This document shows positions 9,355 through 18,931 of a stretch of DNA of 64,000 nucleotides, in pieces. Origin of the DNA: a virus. The notes beneath the pieces are model-generated. The model saw only the letters and a program-made list of their open reading frames with translations. It was not told the DNA's origin and did not search any database. The stretch's first letter is position 1; each line of letters begins with the position of its first letter. The position numbers and the translations under genes are program-made. The stretch covers positions 35,867-99,866 of the IMG/VR virus record IMGVR_UViG_3300035670_000086, one strand, 5' to 3'.

Positions 9355-11642
9355 GATAATTCATCCATAATTTCTATATTATAATAGAATCGTTCTATTT
9401 CCCCAGTCGAACTAAAAGTGAATTTAGGAGACGGTATATAAGTCTCTACATTAACAGTAAAGGATCTCATTAAAATTCTATCCTCTCGGTCAGAAACTGT
9501 TAAAGTAGATTCGTCAGTTTCTTCAGCTAAGGTGGCTTTCGTATTGTCCGATATTGATGTATTTAGTTCGTAGGAGGGATTAAATAGTAATTGTATTTGT
9601 TCTGTTAACTGGTCCAAGTCTGATTTATACTTAGACAATATGGTGACCTTGTATGATATATCTACTGGCTTAGGAGATAAACTTACAACTCTTCTTGCTC
9701 TTTGGATACGGTCATCCCAAATAGACTCACTTACCACTAATGGGAAATATTTTTGTCGATCTGTGGTTATTTTTGTTGACGGCTGCGATATTGATATTAT
9801 TGGTAGGATTAAATTATCTTCCTGTATCTGTTTAGCTATCGAGCGTTCTGGGTTTGCGTAAATACATTTTACGGACTGAAGTTTATTTTCCCAATCTATT
9901 AATTTAAACTGGGAGAACACATGTCGCATGGATCTTAGAGTGTCCTTGTATGTTAAAGATATATTACTCTCCTGATCCACGGTTTCCAATAGTAACTCTC
10001 TAACTCTGTAAGACGCATCTTTAGACGGAACAATTTCGTTTACTGTGTTGCGTTGCTTATAGTTAATTGGCTTGATACTAGTAGTTTCTGATGCTGAAAG
10101 ATTATCTGTAGTTTCTGGGATGACATCTACTAAATAATTTTCTGAGTAGAACCGCTCAATCTTGCCAGTAGAACTAAACACAAATTTCGGAGCAGGAATA
10201 TAAGTTTCCACCGATATCGTGTAAGTTCTAATTAATACCCTATCTTCACGATCTCCAACTGTAAGAGATGATTCACTTGCCTCTTCTACAAGTTTTGCTT
10301 TTGTATTGGTAGAGATACTAGTTTGTAACTCGTGTGATGGATTAAACAATAAGTTTAATTGTTCACTTAGTTGATCTAAATCACTAGCGTACTTAGCAAT
10401 GAAACTTACTTTATAATTAATGTCTATCGGACGAGGAGCTAGACTAACGACTCTTGTTGCCCGTTGCTTCCGATCATCCCAAATAGATTCGCTAACCACT
10501 AATGGAAGATATTTTTGTCGAGCATTGTTTACTGTTGCTGTAGGTTGAGTAACAGATATAATCGGGAAAATTAAATTTCGCTCTTGGTCAATTTTAGCTA
10601 TTGCCCGTTCTGGGTTTCCATAGAAGCAAGAAACAAGTTGAGTCTCCTCACTAGAGTTTAAGATTTTAAACTTAGATAAAGAGGAATGTACAGCACGCAA
10701 AGTATCTTTAAATACTAGTGAAATGTTTGCTGATTCTTTTGCAGTCTCTAATATTAGCTCTCTGACACGATAAGAAGCGTCCTTCTCTATAGACACAGTG
10801 TTGGAAGCATTCTCTCCCGTTCTAGGCATCTTTATATATAAAGTTTCTTGTGATGCATCTACAGCGGAATCAACAGGCATTTCTTCTACAACATTAGAAT
10901 CTGTATTAAATCTTTCTATTTTGCCTGTAGAGCTAAAAACAAATTTCGGACTAGGAATATAAGTTTCTACTGTGATAGTAAAAGTCTTAGTCAATACTCT
11001 ATCTTCTCTGTCTGCTACCTCTAAAGCAGATTCGTTTGTCTCCTCTATTAACACGGCTTTTGTATTGTTTGCAAAGCTAGTTTGAAGTTCACAGGAAGGA
11101 TTAAATAGTAAGTAGATCTGTTCTGATAACTGATCTAAATCATTTTTGTATTTTGTAAATACTGAGATCTTGTATGAAATATCAACTGGCTTGGGAGCTA
11201 AACTAATAACTCTACTAGCTCTCTGGCGACGATCATCCCACTTAGATTCACTAACAATCAAAGGAACATACTTACGACGATCAGGTTTCGCTACCGTGGT
11301 TGGCTGAGATACCGATATTAGTGGGAGAATGATATTTTCTTCTTGTATAATCTTGGCTATAGAACGCTCTTGATTAGCCGTTATACACTTTACAGCCTGT
11401 AAAGACTCATCAGAATTGATAACATTCAGCCTAGAGAACAAACTTCTCATAGACCGAAGAGTATCTCTGTAGACTAGAGATATATTATTCTCAGCAGAAG
11501 ATGCCTGCTCTAAATACTCCCGTATGCGATACGATGATGATTTACCTGTGATTAGATCAGGCAATAATTGGATTTCCGTAGGCTTACCTACGATAATCGG
11601 AATTTCCTGTGGTCTAACTTGCCCAAGTAATGTTAAAAACAT
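9351..11642 (-). CDS. gp15: Tail terminator / sheath stabiliser (gp15-like), three tandem copies in one ORF
   Basis: Follows gp13 and gp14. Each ~253-aa unit has LP(L/I)ISVSQ (FPIISVTQ in copy 2), PKPVDISYK.S...KYK.DLDQL.EQI.LLFNP and VETYIP.PKF, matching the gp15 P.P.(N/D)I...Q..EQI.P.F.P pattern. Confidence 0.8.
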   Translation of the reverse strand: MFLTLLGQVRPQEIPIIVGKPTEIQLLPDLITGKSSSYRIREYLEQASSAENNISLVYRDTLRSMRSLFSRLNVINSDESLQAVKCITANQERSIAKIIQEENIILPLISVSQPTTVAKPDRRKYVPLIVSESKWDDRRQRASRVISLAPKPVDISYKISVFTKYKNDLDQLSEQIYLLFNPSCELQTSFANNTKAVLIEETNESALEVADREDRVLTKTFTITVETYIPSPKFVFSSTGKIERFNTDSNVVEEMPVDSAVDASQETLYIKMPRTGENASNTVSIEKDASYRVRELILETAKESANISLVFKDTLRAVHSSLSKFKILNSSEETQLVSCFYGNPERAIAKIDQERNLIFPIISVTQPTATVNNARQKYLPLVVSESIWDDRKQRATRVVSLAPRPIDINYKVSFIAKYASDLDQLSEQLNLLFNPSHELQTSISTNTKAKLVEEASESSLTVGDREDRVLIRTYTISVETYIPAPKFVFSSTGKIERFYSENYLVDVIPETTDNLSASETTSIKPINYKQRNTVNEIVPSKDASYRVRELLLETVDQESNISLTYKDTLRSMRHVFSQFKLIDWENKLQSVKCIYANPERSIAKQIQEDNLILPIISISQPSTKITTDRQKYFPLVVSESIWDDRIQRARRVVSLSPKPVDISYKVTILSKYKSDLDQLTEQIQLLFNPSYELNTSISDNTKATLAEETDESTLTVSDREDRILMRSFTVNVETYIPSPKFTFSSTGEIERFYYNIEIMDELS
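9385..11540 (-). repeat. Three diverged ~760-nt tandem domain repeats within gp15
   Basis: SYR(I/V)RE starts near 11540, 10781 and 10019; each unit ends in PKF.FSSTG.IERF. Confidence 0.95.
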
Positions 11643-11658
11643 GTATCACACCTAAACC

Positions 11659-12228
11659 TCAATCGGGTCGGCTATTTAAGACACCACCTAGTTCTTTACT
11701 AATATCTGTAAGTGGAGTGTTTTGAATATCAGGAGAATCACGAAGGATCTTAGCTGTGCAAACATAGTGATACACACCATAAGCCTCAAAGCTATCTTCC
11801 TGCACTTCAAAAATCTCGTACATCACATGCTGAAAATGTGGTTGAATCAAATCCCCCGGAATAGGAGATCTACCTATTCTACGCTCAACATATGACTTGT
11901 TGAATGTAAAAACTTGATCGCTGGTTAATTGAATACCAAACTGTGTTAAGTTTTCTTCTATTACTTTAGGATCATAGTGAGAGTATAAAGTAATTGGAGA
12001 TCTTGCAATCGGCTTATTCTTCTGTTCCATATAGACATCATCATACTCTTCTGATCTATGGAACTTATAGTAATTTACCTTTGATCCAGACAGTCTAATT
12101 TGTTCGTCATCAACCATATTGAAGAATCCAATATCAGGATTCCGTTGGTCGAACAAACTAAGTTCGCTATCCACATTTGCGGATTCTACTTCTGGAATTT
12201 TAGTTGTTACTTTAAAATTCTTTTTCAT
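11659..12228 (-). CDS. gp14: Neck / head-closure protein (gp14-like)
   Basis: EQIRLSG..V.YY, DDVYME, LTQFGIQ..D, P.PGDLI, YEIFEV; synteny with gp13 and gp15. Confidence 0.8.
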   Translation of the reverse strand: MKKNFKVTTKIPEVESANVDSELSLFDQRNPDIGFFNMVDDEQIRLSGSKVNYYKFHRSEEYDDVYMEQKNKPIARSPITLYSHYDPKVIEENLTQFGIQLTSDQVFTFNKSYVERRIGRSPIPGDLIQPHFQHVMYEIFEVQEDSFEAYGVYHYVCTAKILRDSPDIQNTPLTDISKELGGVLNSRPD

Positions 12229-13088
12229 TAGTATAGACTAAACCCGGGGGGTTCCTCAAATTCAGACATGAGTTGTTTATCTAGTAATTCTAATTCTTTT
12301 TCACTCTGTTGAAGTAGGGCATCTCCGTTTAATTGAGATCCGCCCCCCGGCCCGGGCAATGTTCTATACTTACCACGAACCTGACCTAAAATACCTTTGC
12401 ATACAGCTAATGCGTATCTTTGAATAAAGTTTCTGTACGCTGGGTGAATTGTGCCAGAATCAATCGCACGATATTGTACAATGACAGTATCGGTAAAAGC
12501 TGGAACAGGATATAGCTGAAGATACTGGTTGTTAAGGATATCAAAGGAACCATCTTGTCCTAAGATCTTTCTCATCTGCTCCAAACTGATTTGAAGTAGA
12601 TTAAACTCACCTATGCTAAAGTCGTTGAACAAAAAGTTTTGTTGGAAATACTTTAGGAAGTAATCTTGTTCTAAAGTTTGTCCCATGCCCGGAATACCTA
12701 TCAAATCTTTCTTGTAAACAACATATGTTATATTATCAATAACATAGTTTGGTAGCTCGTAAGTATTAACTCCGGGAGTAGTTTTAAATGTCATTAACTG
12801 AGCAGTACACAGGGGTGCATGAAAAGATAACTTAGTTATGGCTTCATCAATAGCTATCTTTATTTGGTAATCAGTAAGCTCTACTCTTATTGTAGGATAT
12901 CCGAGTCTACCCAAAACAAAAGATTTTATTTGGTCTTCAAATTGTGTTAGTTCTACAGGATCTTGTAACCCAGTTTCGTTTAAACTAGAAGTTATAATAT
13001 CCCCTTTTGGTTTTATAGAAAAAACATTATTTCCGTAAGGAATTCCAAAGCTGTTACCATAACTACCAGTTTCAGGTTTTATCTGCAT
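12228..13088 (-). CDS. gp13: Neck / head-tail adaptor protein (gp13-like)
   Basis: RLGYPTIRVELTD.QI..AIDEA; FIQRYALA..K..LGQVRGKY..LPGPGG..LNG. Confidence 0.9.
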   Translation of the reverse strand: MQIKPETGSYGNSFGIPYGNNVFSIKPKGDIITSSLNETGLQDPVELTQFEDQIKSFVLGRLGYPTIRVELTDYQIKIAIDEAITKLSFHAPLCTAQLMTFKTTPGVNTYELPNYVIDNITYVVYKKDLIGIPGMGQTLEQDYFLKYFQQNFLFNDFSIGEFNLLQISLEQMRKILGQDGSFDILNNQYLQLYPVPAFTDTVIVQYRAIDSGTIHPAYRNFIQRYALAVCKGILGQVRGKYRTLPGPGGGSQLNGDALLQQSEKELELLDKQLMSEFEEPPGFSLY

Positions 13089-13103
13089 ATGTACACACGA
13101 CCC

Positions 13104-13118
13104 CTAGGATTATATAGC
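13104..13118 (-). promoter_or_regulatory. Putative late promoter (GCTATATA-ATCC-TAG)
   Basis: Lies directly after the capsid terminator and upstream of gp13; same spacing as the other motif copies. Confidence 0.5.
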
Positions 13119-13119
13119 T

Positions 13120-13160
13120 AAAAAAGAAAGAGCCAGAGAGATTTTATTTCTCTCTGGCTC
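13120..13160 (-). terminator. Rho-independent terminator after major capsid gene
   Basis: GAGCCAGAGAGA-AATAAAA-TCTCTCTGGCTC perfect 12-bp stem followed by TTTCTTTTTT. Confidence 0.9.
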
Positions 13161-13186
13161 GATTGTTTACCCTAAGGTAACTCTAC

Positions 13187-14719
13187 TCACTTAGTAGCTT
13201 TTGCGAAGGGGTAGAGCATGTAGTTTGAAGCAGTACCAACGATTCTAATTATTCTGTAGAATCTTTGAGCAGGTTGGATTGCCATCTTGCCGTAGCGGGT
13301 CAAGATACCCTTTCTTGGTTGGAAGGTTTCAGGGTCAGTTATTGTTGGTAGTGACTCGATTGGGATGTATGGGCAGTAAACGAATCCACCGTCCATAGGG
13401 CTTCCACCCTTGTAACCCATCAAAATCTCGTCTTCAGGCCAGAGTGGGTCGATGAAGAGATCGTACTTACCAGCGAACTTACCACGGTACTCAATCTTGT
13501 TAGCACCCATGTTTGTGATGCCTTCAGTCTTGGGACCGATACCACCTTCGAGCTTGGCAGCGGATTCCATCATTGCACCAACCAATGGTGATGTGATAAT
13601 CCAGTTACCGGGGCCACGATGGGTTGTCTTGTAAATATCTTGTGATGCAAAGTTCATTACACCCAAGAGATTAGCGTAAACTTGGCCCATGTGTTGAGGA
13701 GCAAAGTTTGCAGCGCATGCGGTTAGGTCAACGATGAAAACATTGCTGTCGACTGCTGCGCCGTAAGCATCTGTTGGCATTGTGCCTTGACCATATGTGA
13801 ATGATGCTGGGGTGAACCCTGTGCCTTCTGGGCCACTGCCACCGATAGCACCAAAGTTATTTGAATTGGAGTTATCTAGTGAAGCGTATGTCCAGTTGGG
13901 GTTGTATGTTGCACCAGTGACATTGTAAGCAATACCACGGAGGTCTTCGATCAACTCGCGGTCGATTTCGAGTTCCAATTCCTTTGACATGAGTTCAGTC
14001 AACTCACGCTCAAGGTCAAGGTTGTGATATGCCTTGAGGTCTTGGCTGGCTTCAATTGTCCACAATGCACGCATCTTGCGTGTACGGGCAACGACAGGCT
14101 GCTGCTCAACACTGATGTTGAGTTCAGGAATACCAGAACCTGTTAATGCTTCACCTGCTGAAACTGACCAACCTAGGATTGTGTTTGTTGAAGGCCAAGC
14201 TGCGATTCTACCACCGTAAGTAGTAGTTGCCCAACCAGTGGCAGATGCACCAGAAGTTCCGTAGAGCTTCTCTGTGCTGACACCAGTCAATGCACCAGTG
14301 TACAATCCACCAACTGTGCTACCTTGAATGGTGCTAGTTGTTAGGCCCTGATAGGTTAGGTTGTACTTGCTGTACAACTGCTGCTTAGTTGCACCGTATT
14401 GACGGGCTGAACCTAGATAGAAGATCTGTGATACTGGACCTTCCATAGGCTGAACTGAACCGATCTTGTTGAAGATCAATTCAGGGAACACTCTACGAAC
14501 GAGTGGGAAGGCGAACTTTTGGAAAGTGCCTAAACGACCAGCAGTGGTTGCACCTGCTGATAAGTCTTCGTTAACCTGTTGGGCAACGATTGACTTCGCT
14601 TGGTTCTCTAAGAGAATAGCGGTAACTTTAGCTGTGTACTGGTCACTAATGCCTTCTAGTACTGGTGACCACTTTTCAACTAACTTATTGTGGTTGAGAT
14701 TAGTTAATGTATCGGACAT
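13187..14719 (-). CDS. gp23: Major capsid protein (gp23-like)
   Basis: KWSPVLEG, LLENQ, PLVRR, VQPM.GP, RKMRALWT.E..QDL, YCPYIP, DPETFQPRKGILTRYG. Start taken at MSDTL (GAGGA Shine-Dalgarno); the track starts at 14731. Confidence 0.97.
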   Translation of the reverse strand: MSDTLTNLNHNKLVEKWSPVLEGISDQYTAKVTAILLENQAKSIVAQQVNEDLSAGATTAGRLGTFQKFAFPLVRRVFPELIFNKIGSVQPMEGPVSQIFYLGSARQYGATKQQLYSKYNLTYQGLTTSTIQGSTVGGLYTGALTGVSTEKLYGTSGASATGWATTTYGGRIAAWPSTNTILGWSVSAGEALTGSGIPELNISVEQQPVVARTRKMRALWTIEASQDLKAYHNLDLERELTELMSKELELEIDRELIEDLRGIAYNVTGATYNPNWTYASLDNSNSNNFGAIGGSGPEGTGFTPASFTYGQGTMPTDAYGAAVDSNVFIVDLTACAANFAPQHMGQVYANLLGVMNFASQDIYKTTHRGPGNWIITSPLVGAMMESAAKLEGGIGPKTEGITNMGANKIEYRGKFAGKYDLFIDPLWPEDEILMGYKGGSPMDGGFVYCPYIPIESLPTITDPETFQPRKGILTRYGKMAIQPAQRFYRIIRIVGTASNYMLYPFAKATK

Positions 14720-14727
14720 AATATTCC

Positions 14728-15348
14728 TCATTTGGCTTTTGGCATTAGAGCCATTACACCTTCAGTCAAGAACTGGTTGTTTACCTTAGACACTTTCTTA
14801 ACTGGAGTATGTTGCATCTCGTCGGCAATAATTACTGCCTTCTCTGATGTCTTGAATGGAAGTGAGGCTTGTTCTGTTAATTGTTCTACTTCCTCCTCAA
14901 GATGTACGGTTTGCTCTTGTAGAGCTTTGTTCTTCTTAGAAATAATCTTCACAGTACGCTCTAGTTGTTGTATTTGCGTTACTGCGTTGTTTAGTTCTTC
15001 TATGAGAACTTGGTTTTCTTCTTCGACTTGGCTCTGCTCCTTAACTACTTGAGCAACTGCACGCTGCTCATCCTTTTCGTTAAGTTCTAAAGCCATAAGA
15101 GATTTTATGCTTTCAAAGAGTTGTGCGTTGCGATAGACATCACTCTCTTCTTGTAGTTCCCGTAAAGCGTGTTCTTTTACGGATTGAATCTCCATACGCA
15201 AGAAGCCTTTTACTTTAGCTTCTAGTAAATTAACTCTTTGATTAACTTCTTCCTTGATTACGGTGTCTACCAATTCGGCAATTTGGTTTACTGCCTCCTC
15301 TGACAAACCTTCTGGAAGTAGTTCGGCTATTGATTTTACTTTTGACAT
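14728..15348 (-). CDS. gp22: Prohead core scaffold protein (gp22-like)
   Basis: Acidic coiled-coil, EGLSEEA, located between protease and capsid genes. Confidence 0.75.
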   Translation of the reverse strand: MSKVKSIAELLPEGLSEEAVNQIAELVDTVIKEEVNQRVNLLEAKVKGFLRMEIQSVKEHALRELQEESDVYRNAQLFESIKSLMALELNEKDEQRAVAQVVKEQSQVEEENQVLIEELNNAVTQIQQLERTVKIISKKNKALQEQTVHLEEEVEQLTEQASLPFKTSEKAVIIADEMQHTPVKKVSKVNNQFLTEGVMALMPKAK

Positions 15349-15363
15349 AAGTTCTCCTAGAGT

Positions 15364-15378
15364 CTATATTTATCTATA
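15364..15378 (-). promoter_or_regulatory. Putative late promoter (TATAGATA-AATA-TAG) for scaffold/capsid
   Basis: Intergenic, one mismatch to TATAAATA, upstream of an AGGAG Shine-Dalgarno. Confidence 0.55.
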
Positions 15379-15406
15379 AATGATAAAATAAAATACTTAG
15401 ATTTTT

Positions 15407-16111
15407 TTATTTTTTGTAGCGATTAACGATTTTATCTATTTCACGAGCAAGGGATTCAGCCTTGCTTATTTCTTCTATATTTACATCCTCAATGATTTCC
15501 TGAGGCTTGTATTTTAAATCTAGCTTATTTTTAAGTAGCGTAACTAATACATTCTCTCTCAAAGCCTGTTGCTTAGTCTTCTGTTTTAATAATAGCGTAG
15601 ATTCTGAGACAGATGGGAATGCTCCTCTTGTGCTTGGGTCTGCAACTAGGTCGAAGGTTACCATTTTATAATCTTCTTGAACCTCTTGCTTACCCGGAGT
15701 ATCGTCACATTCCTTTAAGCTACCTAGACCACGGCTTGAGATACCGATTCTAACACCGTCTTTAATTAACTGTTGTGCAACCTTACCAGCAGGAGTATTA
15801 AGCAATTCAGCTTCTCCAATTAGTTTGTTACCATCCCAATCTAATTTTGTAATTAAGTGTGAGACATTTGTTAATTTAACAGATGTATACTCAGGGTGAT
15901 CTAGTTCACCTAGCAATCTTCTCTCTGTAATCATAGGCATTAGTTTGCCCATCTCACGCTCTAATAACGACTTCTTGTAGCGACGATTGTTATTATTAAA
16001 CTCATCGGCTCTACCGAAGATGCCTGCTACACGAACCAAACCATTACCTGATTTAGATTCGTTGATTACTCGTACTGAGTCTGTACCAAAAAAGTCTGTT
16101 AATAGATTCAT
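15407..16111 (-). CDS. gp21: Prohead protease (gp21-like)
   Basis: N.N.R.Y, GELDHP, VSHLIT, TPAG, GISSRGLGS, FDLVADPS. Confidence 0.95.
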   Translation of the reverse strand: MNLLTDFFGTDSVRVINESKSGNGLVRVAGIFGRADEFNNNNRRYKKSLLEREMGKLMPMITERRLLGELDHPEYTSVKLTNVSHLITKLDWDGNKLIGEAELLNTPAGKVAQQLIKDGVRIGISSRGLGSLKECDDTPGKQEVQEDYKMVTFDLVADPSTRGAFPSVSESTLLLKQKTKQQALRENVLVTLLKNKLDLKYKPQEIIEDVNIEEISKAESLAREIDKIVNRYKK

Positions 16112-16120
16112 ATTAAATTC

Positions 16121-16399
16121 TTACCTAGATCCTGTTCTTCTTCCAGACCGTCTTCTAGCCGTCGCGTTTCCAGCTCGTGATGCTGGAGTTCCAGCAGCCA
16201 CTCCGGGATGTAAGTCTGTCGATGTTGTACCACTAATTTGTCTTGATATCAATTTTTTAGTTCCTTTCCCCGGATAGTTTGTTGCATGCTTCAACATTCC
16301 GGGAGTTAATAAAGGACGAGGTTTTTTTAATTTAGGATTACCAACCTCATTAATTTGAGCTTCAACTAACAAATCATGTATTCTTTGAATGTAATTCAT
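16121..16399 (-). CDS. Small basic protein, probable internal head protein
   Basis: MNYIQRIHDLLVE/AQINE leader followed by a K/R-rich tail. Confidence 0.6.
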   Translation of the reverse strand: MNYIQRIHDLLVEAQINEVGNPKLKKPRPLLTPGMLKHATNYPGKGTKKLISRQISGTTSTDLHPGVAAGTPASRAGNATARRRSGRRTGSR

Positions 16400-16400
16400 A

Positions 16401-16916
16401 TTAGCAATTCCACTTTCTTAATGCTTTGTTTATTCTGCTATTAGGATTCTTAGCAGTCTTTGCGGATGTTCTGCGCTTCTTCATCCCACCCATTCGAGCG
16501 CAGAATGATTTTCTTCTCTTAGCAGCCTTTGAACCTTTTTTAAGTTTTGATGGCTTGGTGGTTACAGCAGTCTTTAATTTTGAACCGGGGTTTTCTCTAC
16601 GATAGGATTCAACTCCCTTTTTATTTAGACCACCGGAAGGATTTTTTCCCTCTTTTCTTTGCCAAGCTGCTACTTCTGTTATTAGATCACCTATTCTTTC
16701 AATAGAATCTTCAACTCTTGCGGCTCTACGACCTGCACTCTCTTTCTTAGCAGCTTGTAATTTATTTAATTGAGCTTGATGTGCAACTCTTGTTGCTGAT
16801 TCAGCAGGTGTGCCCTCAGCCTCTTTTCTTTGTTTATAAAGAGCTTTTGCTACTCTCGTAGCTCTTTTTATTTTTTTTTCATTTATTAAATTTACTATCT
16901 GTTCGTAGATGTTCAT
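16401..16916 (-). CDS. Basic protein with C-terminal AWQRKEGKNPSGGLN...SFCARM...LRKWNC module common in T4-like phages
   Basis: Recognisable module; start taken at MNIYEQ, which overlaps the upstream stop (ATGA). Confidence 0.75.
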   Translation of the reverse strand: MNIYEQIVNLINEKKIKRATRVAKALYKQRKEAEGTPAESATRVAHQAQLNKLQAAKKESAGRRAARVEDSIERIGDLITEVAAWQRKEGKNPSGGLNKKGVESYRRENPGSKLKTAVTTKPSKLKKGSKAAKRRKSFCARMGGMKKRRTSAKTAKNPNSRINKALRKWNC

Positions 16917-17455
16917 TTTGATTTTGGTACGCAATTTGGAACCTTGCGCCCACCTTTCATCTTCATTCCGATAGCTTCATAACCTTTCCAACAAGGACCT
17001 TTTTTCTCATTTAATTGAAAAGATTCTCTAATTAGTTTTGTTATGTATCCGTAATAAGTTGATTCATTTTCTCCGGGAAGCGGTGCATCACTTTTGGCAA
17101 ATTTAGAGGTGTCCATTGATGTAGCCTTCTTAGCTGATTTTTTTGGTTTTGCGGCGCGTCTTTTCTTTACTTTTGGTTTAGGTTGTTTAGGAACAGGAGC
17201 AGCATCTTTTTTCTTAGCAGCTACTCTAGCTCTAATTGCTGCTCTTCTATCATCTGCATTTAAACCTCCCTCATACTTTCCCCTCAATGGATTCCATTGT
17301 CCTGTATAGGGGTTAGCTGGTTTGGATGAAAGTAGAGTTCCCATCGCTCTACCAATTCTACCAAGAAGTTCATCTATTCTTTCTTGTTGTTCTTGAGACT
17401 CTACAATAATTTGATCGCCTGAGATTACCTCAGTTATTCTGTTGTAATAATTCAT
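16913..17455 (-). CDS. Basic protein with C-terminal PCWKGY...VPNCVP module
   Basis: Motif typical of T4-like phage head-region proteins; K/A-rich histone-H1-like stretch. Confidence 0.7.
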   Translation of the reverse strand: MNYYNRITEVISGDQIIVESQEQQERIDELLGRIGRAMGTLLSSKPANPYTGQWNPLRGKYEGGLNADDRRAAIRARVAAKKKDAAPVPKQPKPKVKKRRAAKPKKSAKKATSMDTSKFAKSDAPLPGENESTYYGYITKLIRESFQLNEKKGPCWKGYEAIGMKMKGGRKVPNCVPKSK

Positions 17456-17838
17456 TTGTGTTCCTTGTATTTTAAAAACTTCTTGGATCTTTGCTTACCA
17501 TGTTTTTTCATGGTGCGAACTGAATAACCTTTGATTTCGCTAAATGGAGTTCCAGCAGCAAAACCTTTAGCAACTTTTTCTGATTGTTGAACGCTCTTCT
17601 TACCCCATGTAGGACGGGTAACTACATATAATCTATCACTAGCAGTTGTGGAAAAGATTGTTCCAAAGTCTAAAACACCCAATGCTTTAGAAATTGAAGG
17701 GAATACTCTAACTCTTGATTTTCTAGCTTTTACTCGTTCTCTACTTGCGCCTTCTTTGGATGCAAATACATTCCTACCAGAACGGCTACCCTGTCCAGAT
17801 TCAAATCTAGAATCAATAATTAGTTGTAATATTCTCAT
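17452..17838 (-). CDS. Basic hypothetical protein
   Basis: 128-aa ORF with ATGA overlaps on both sides. Confidence 0.65.
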   Translation of the reverse strand: MRILQLIIDSRFESGQGSRSGRNVFASKEGASRERVKARKSRVRVFPSISKALGVLDFGTIFSTTASDRLYVVTRPTWGKKSVQQSEKVAKGFAAGTPFSEIKGYSVRTMKKHGKQRSKKFLKYKEHK

Positions 17839-17990
17839 TTCATTCCCTGTTTCTTTTTAACATCCATTACACAGCGTTCGTATTTATCTTTATCTCCTCT
17901 ACCAACAGAAGCAGTGCATACCGCCCAAGGATTTACTTTTTTACCCTTTTTAGCTTCTGTCAATAGATTAAAGATTTTTTTGTAAATCAT
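17835..17990 (-). CDS. Small basic protein (NPWAVC...YERCV motif)
   Basis: Start taken at MIYKKIFNLLTE, just after the upstream stop. Confidence 0.65.
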   Translation of the reverse strand: MIYKKIFNLLTEAKKGKKVNPWAVCTASVGRGDKDKYERCVMDVKKKQGMK

Positions 17991-17991
17991 G

Positions 17992-18393
17992 TTAGTAGGT
18001 CCAACTCTTTTTTTTCTTTTTCTTCTTTTTACCGGGGCCTGCCATGTTAACACCAATCATCCCACAAGAAGTCATCTCCTGAATCAACCCTCTAGCTTGA
18101 ACTAGAACTTGTTCAAATTCAGTTATTAGTTGTTCAGGAGATTTAGTCTTAGTTCTTTCCTCTACCCTCTTAGATTCTTGTACAGGTCTAGCTACAGCCT
18201 TCTTTTTTATTCCAAAGGATCTAGCAAATATATCTGTGACCGTAGCTTCATCTACTTGAATCTTAGAGAGATCAGGACCATCAGGAGTTGGGATTGATAC
18301 AGGCAATCCATTAGATGTACTTCTTTTGTACTCATTTTTGTTTTGCTCAATGAGTGACATTGCAAAGTCACCTATAGATTTAATATTGCTCAT
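17992..18393 (-). CDS. Hypothetical protein with poly-Lys C-terminus
   Basis: LIQE/MTSCGMIGVNMAGPGKKKKKKKKSWTY. Confidence 0.65.
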   Translation of the reverse strand: MSNIKSIGDFAMSLIEQNKNEYKRSTSNGLPVSIPTPDGPDLSKIQVDEATVTDIFARSFGIKKKAVARPVQESKRVEERTKTKSPEQLITEFEQVLVQARGLIQEMTSCGMIGVNMAGPGKKKKKKKKSWTY

Positions 18394-18396
18394 ATG

Positions 18397-18882
18397 TTAT
18401 TGTTTAATTATTTTTTTTGGCTTCTTTACTGGTGGCTGTGTTTTTTCTACTGGTAGTTTTGTAGACCCTTTTCTTCTAGCCATTTGTTCTTGGTGTTGTC
18501 TATAATCATCTCTATCCCAACCACCCGTAGTATAATATTCATTTTCTTCCTCCATCAAAGAACGAAGAATAGGATCAGCTATAGCTAAGAAAGCCTCTTC
18601 TGAGATTAGTTCATCTTGATAAGCCTCTTTGATAAGGTTTAAAATGTTTGCTATCTCAGTAGATGCATTTACTTTTTTTCCGGCTTTTTGCTTGTGGTCA
18701 TGGTCGTAACAATTGGCTGATCCCACAGGTGATTTTTGACCACCCTTTCCTTCATGATGAGTAGGGATCATTGCTTTACCTTTACCCTTACCTTTACCCT
18801 TACCTTTACCGGATTTTTTCTTAGCCGTTTTAGCTTTCTTAGCTTCGTTAATTGAAGCAAATATACGATTTAGTGAATCCAT
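18397..18882 (-). CDS. Hypothetical protein with (GK)n basic tract
   Basis: MDSLNRIFASINE/AKKAKTAKKKSGKGKGKGKGKGK; AAAGGTG Shine-Dalgarno. Confidence 0.7.
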   Translation of the reverse strand: MDSLNRIFASINEAKKAKTAKKKSGKGKGKGKGKGKAMIPTHHEGKGGQKSPVGSANCYDHDHKQKAGKKVNASTEIANILNLIKEAYQDELISEEAFLAIADPILRSLMEEENEYYTTGGWDRDDYRQHQEQMARRKGSTKLPVEKTQPPVKKPKKIIKQ

Positions 18883-18931
18883 AGTTACACCTTTCTTGCT
18901 AACAGCAAGTTTAATAGATGTGAGTTTAGAC

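Noticed and set aside
9351-11642. Triplicated gp15 as an assembly artefact
   Set aside because: The copies differ extensively in nucleotide and amino-acid sequence and have distinct linkers.
17991-18056. Track's 5' extension of the 73-aa ORF (similar extensions at 14731, 16934, 53639 and 60730)
   Set aside because: Downstream ATGs have better Shine-Dalgarno sequences or stop-start coupling; most of the extensions just overlap upstream genes.
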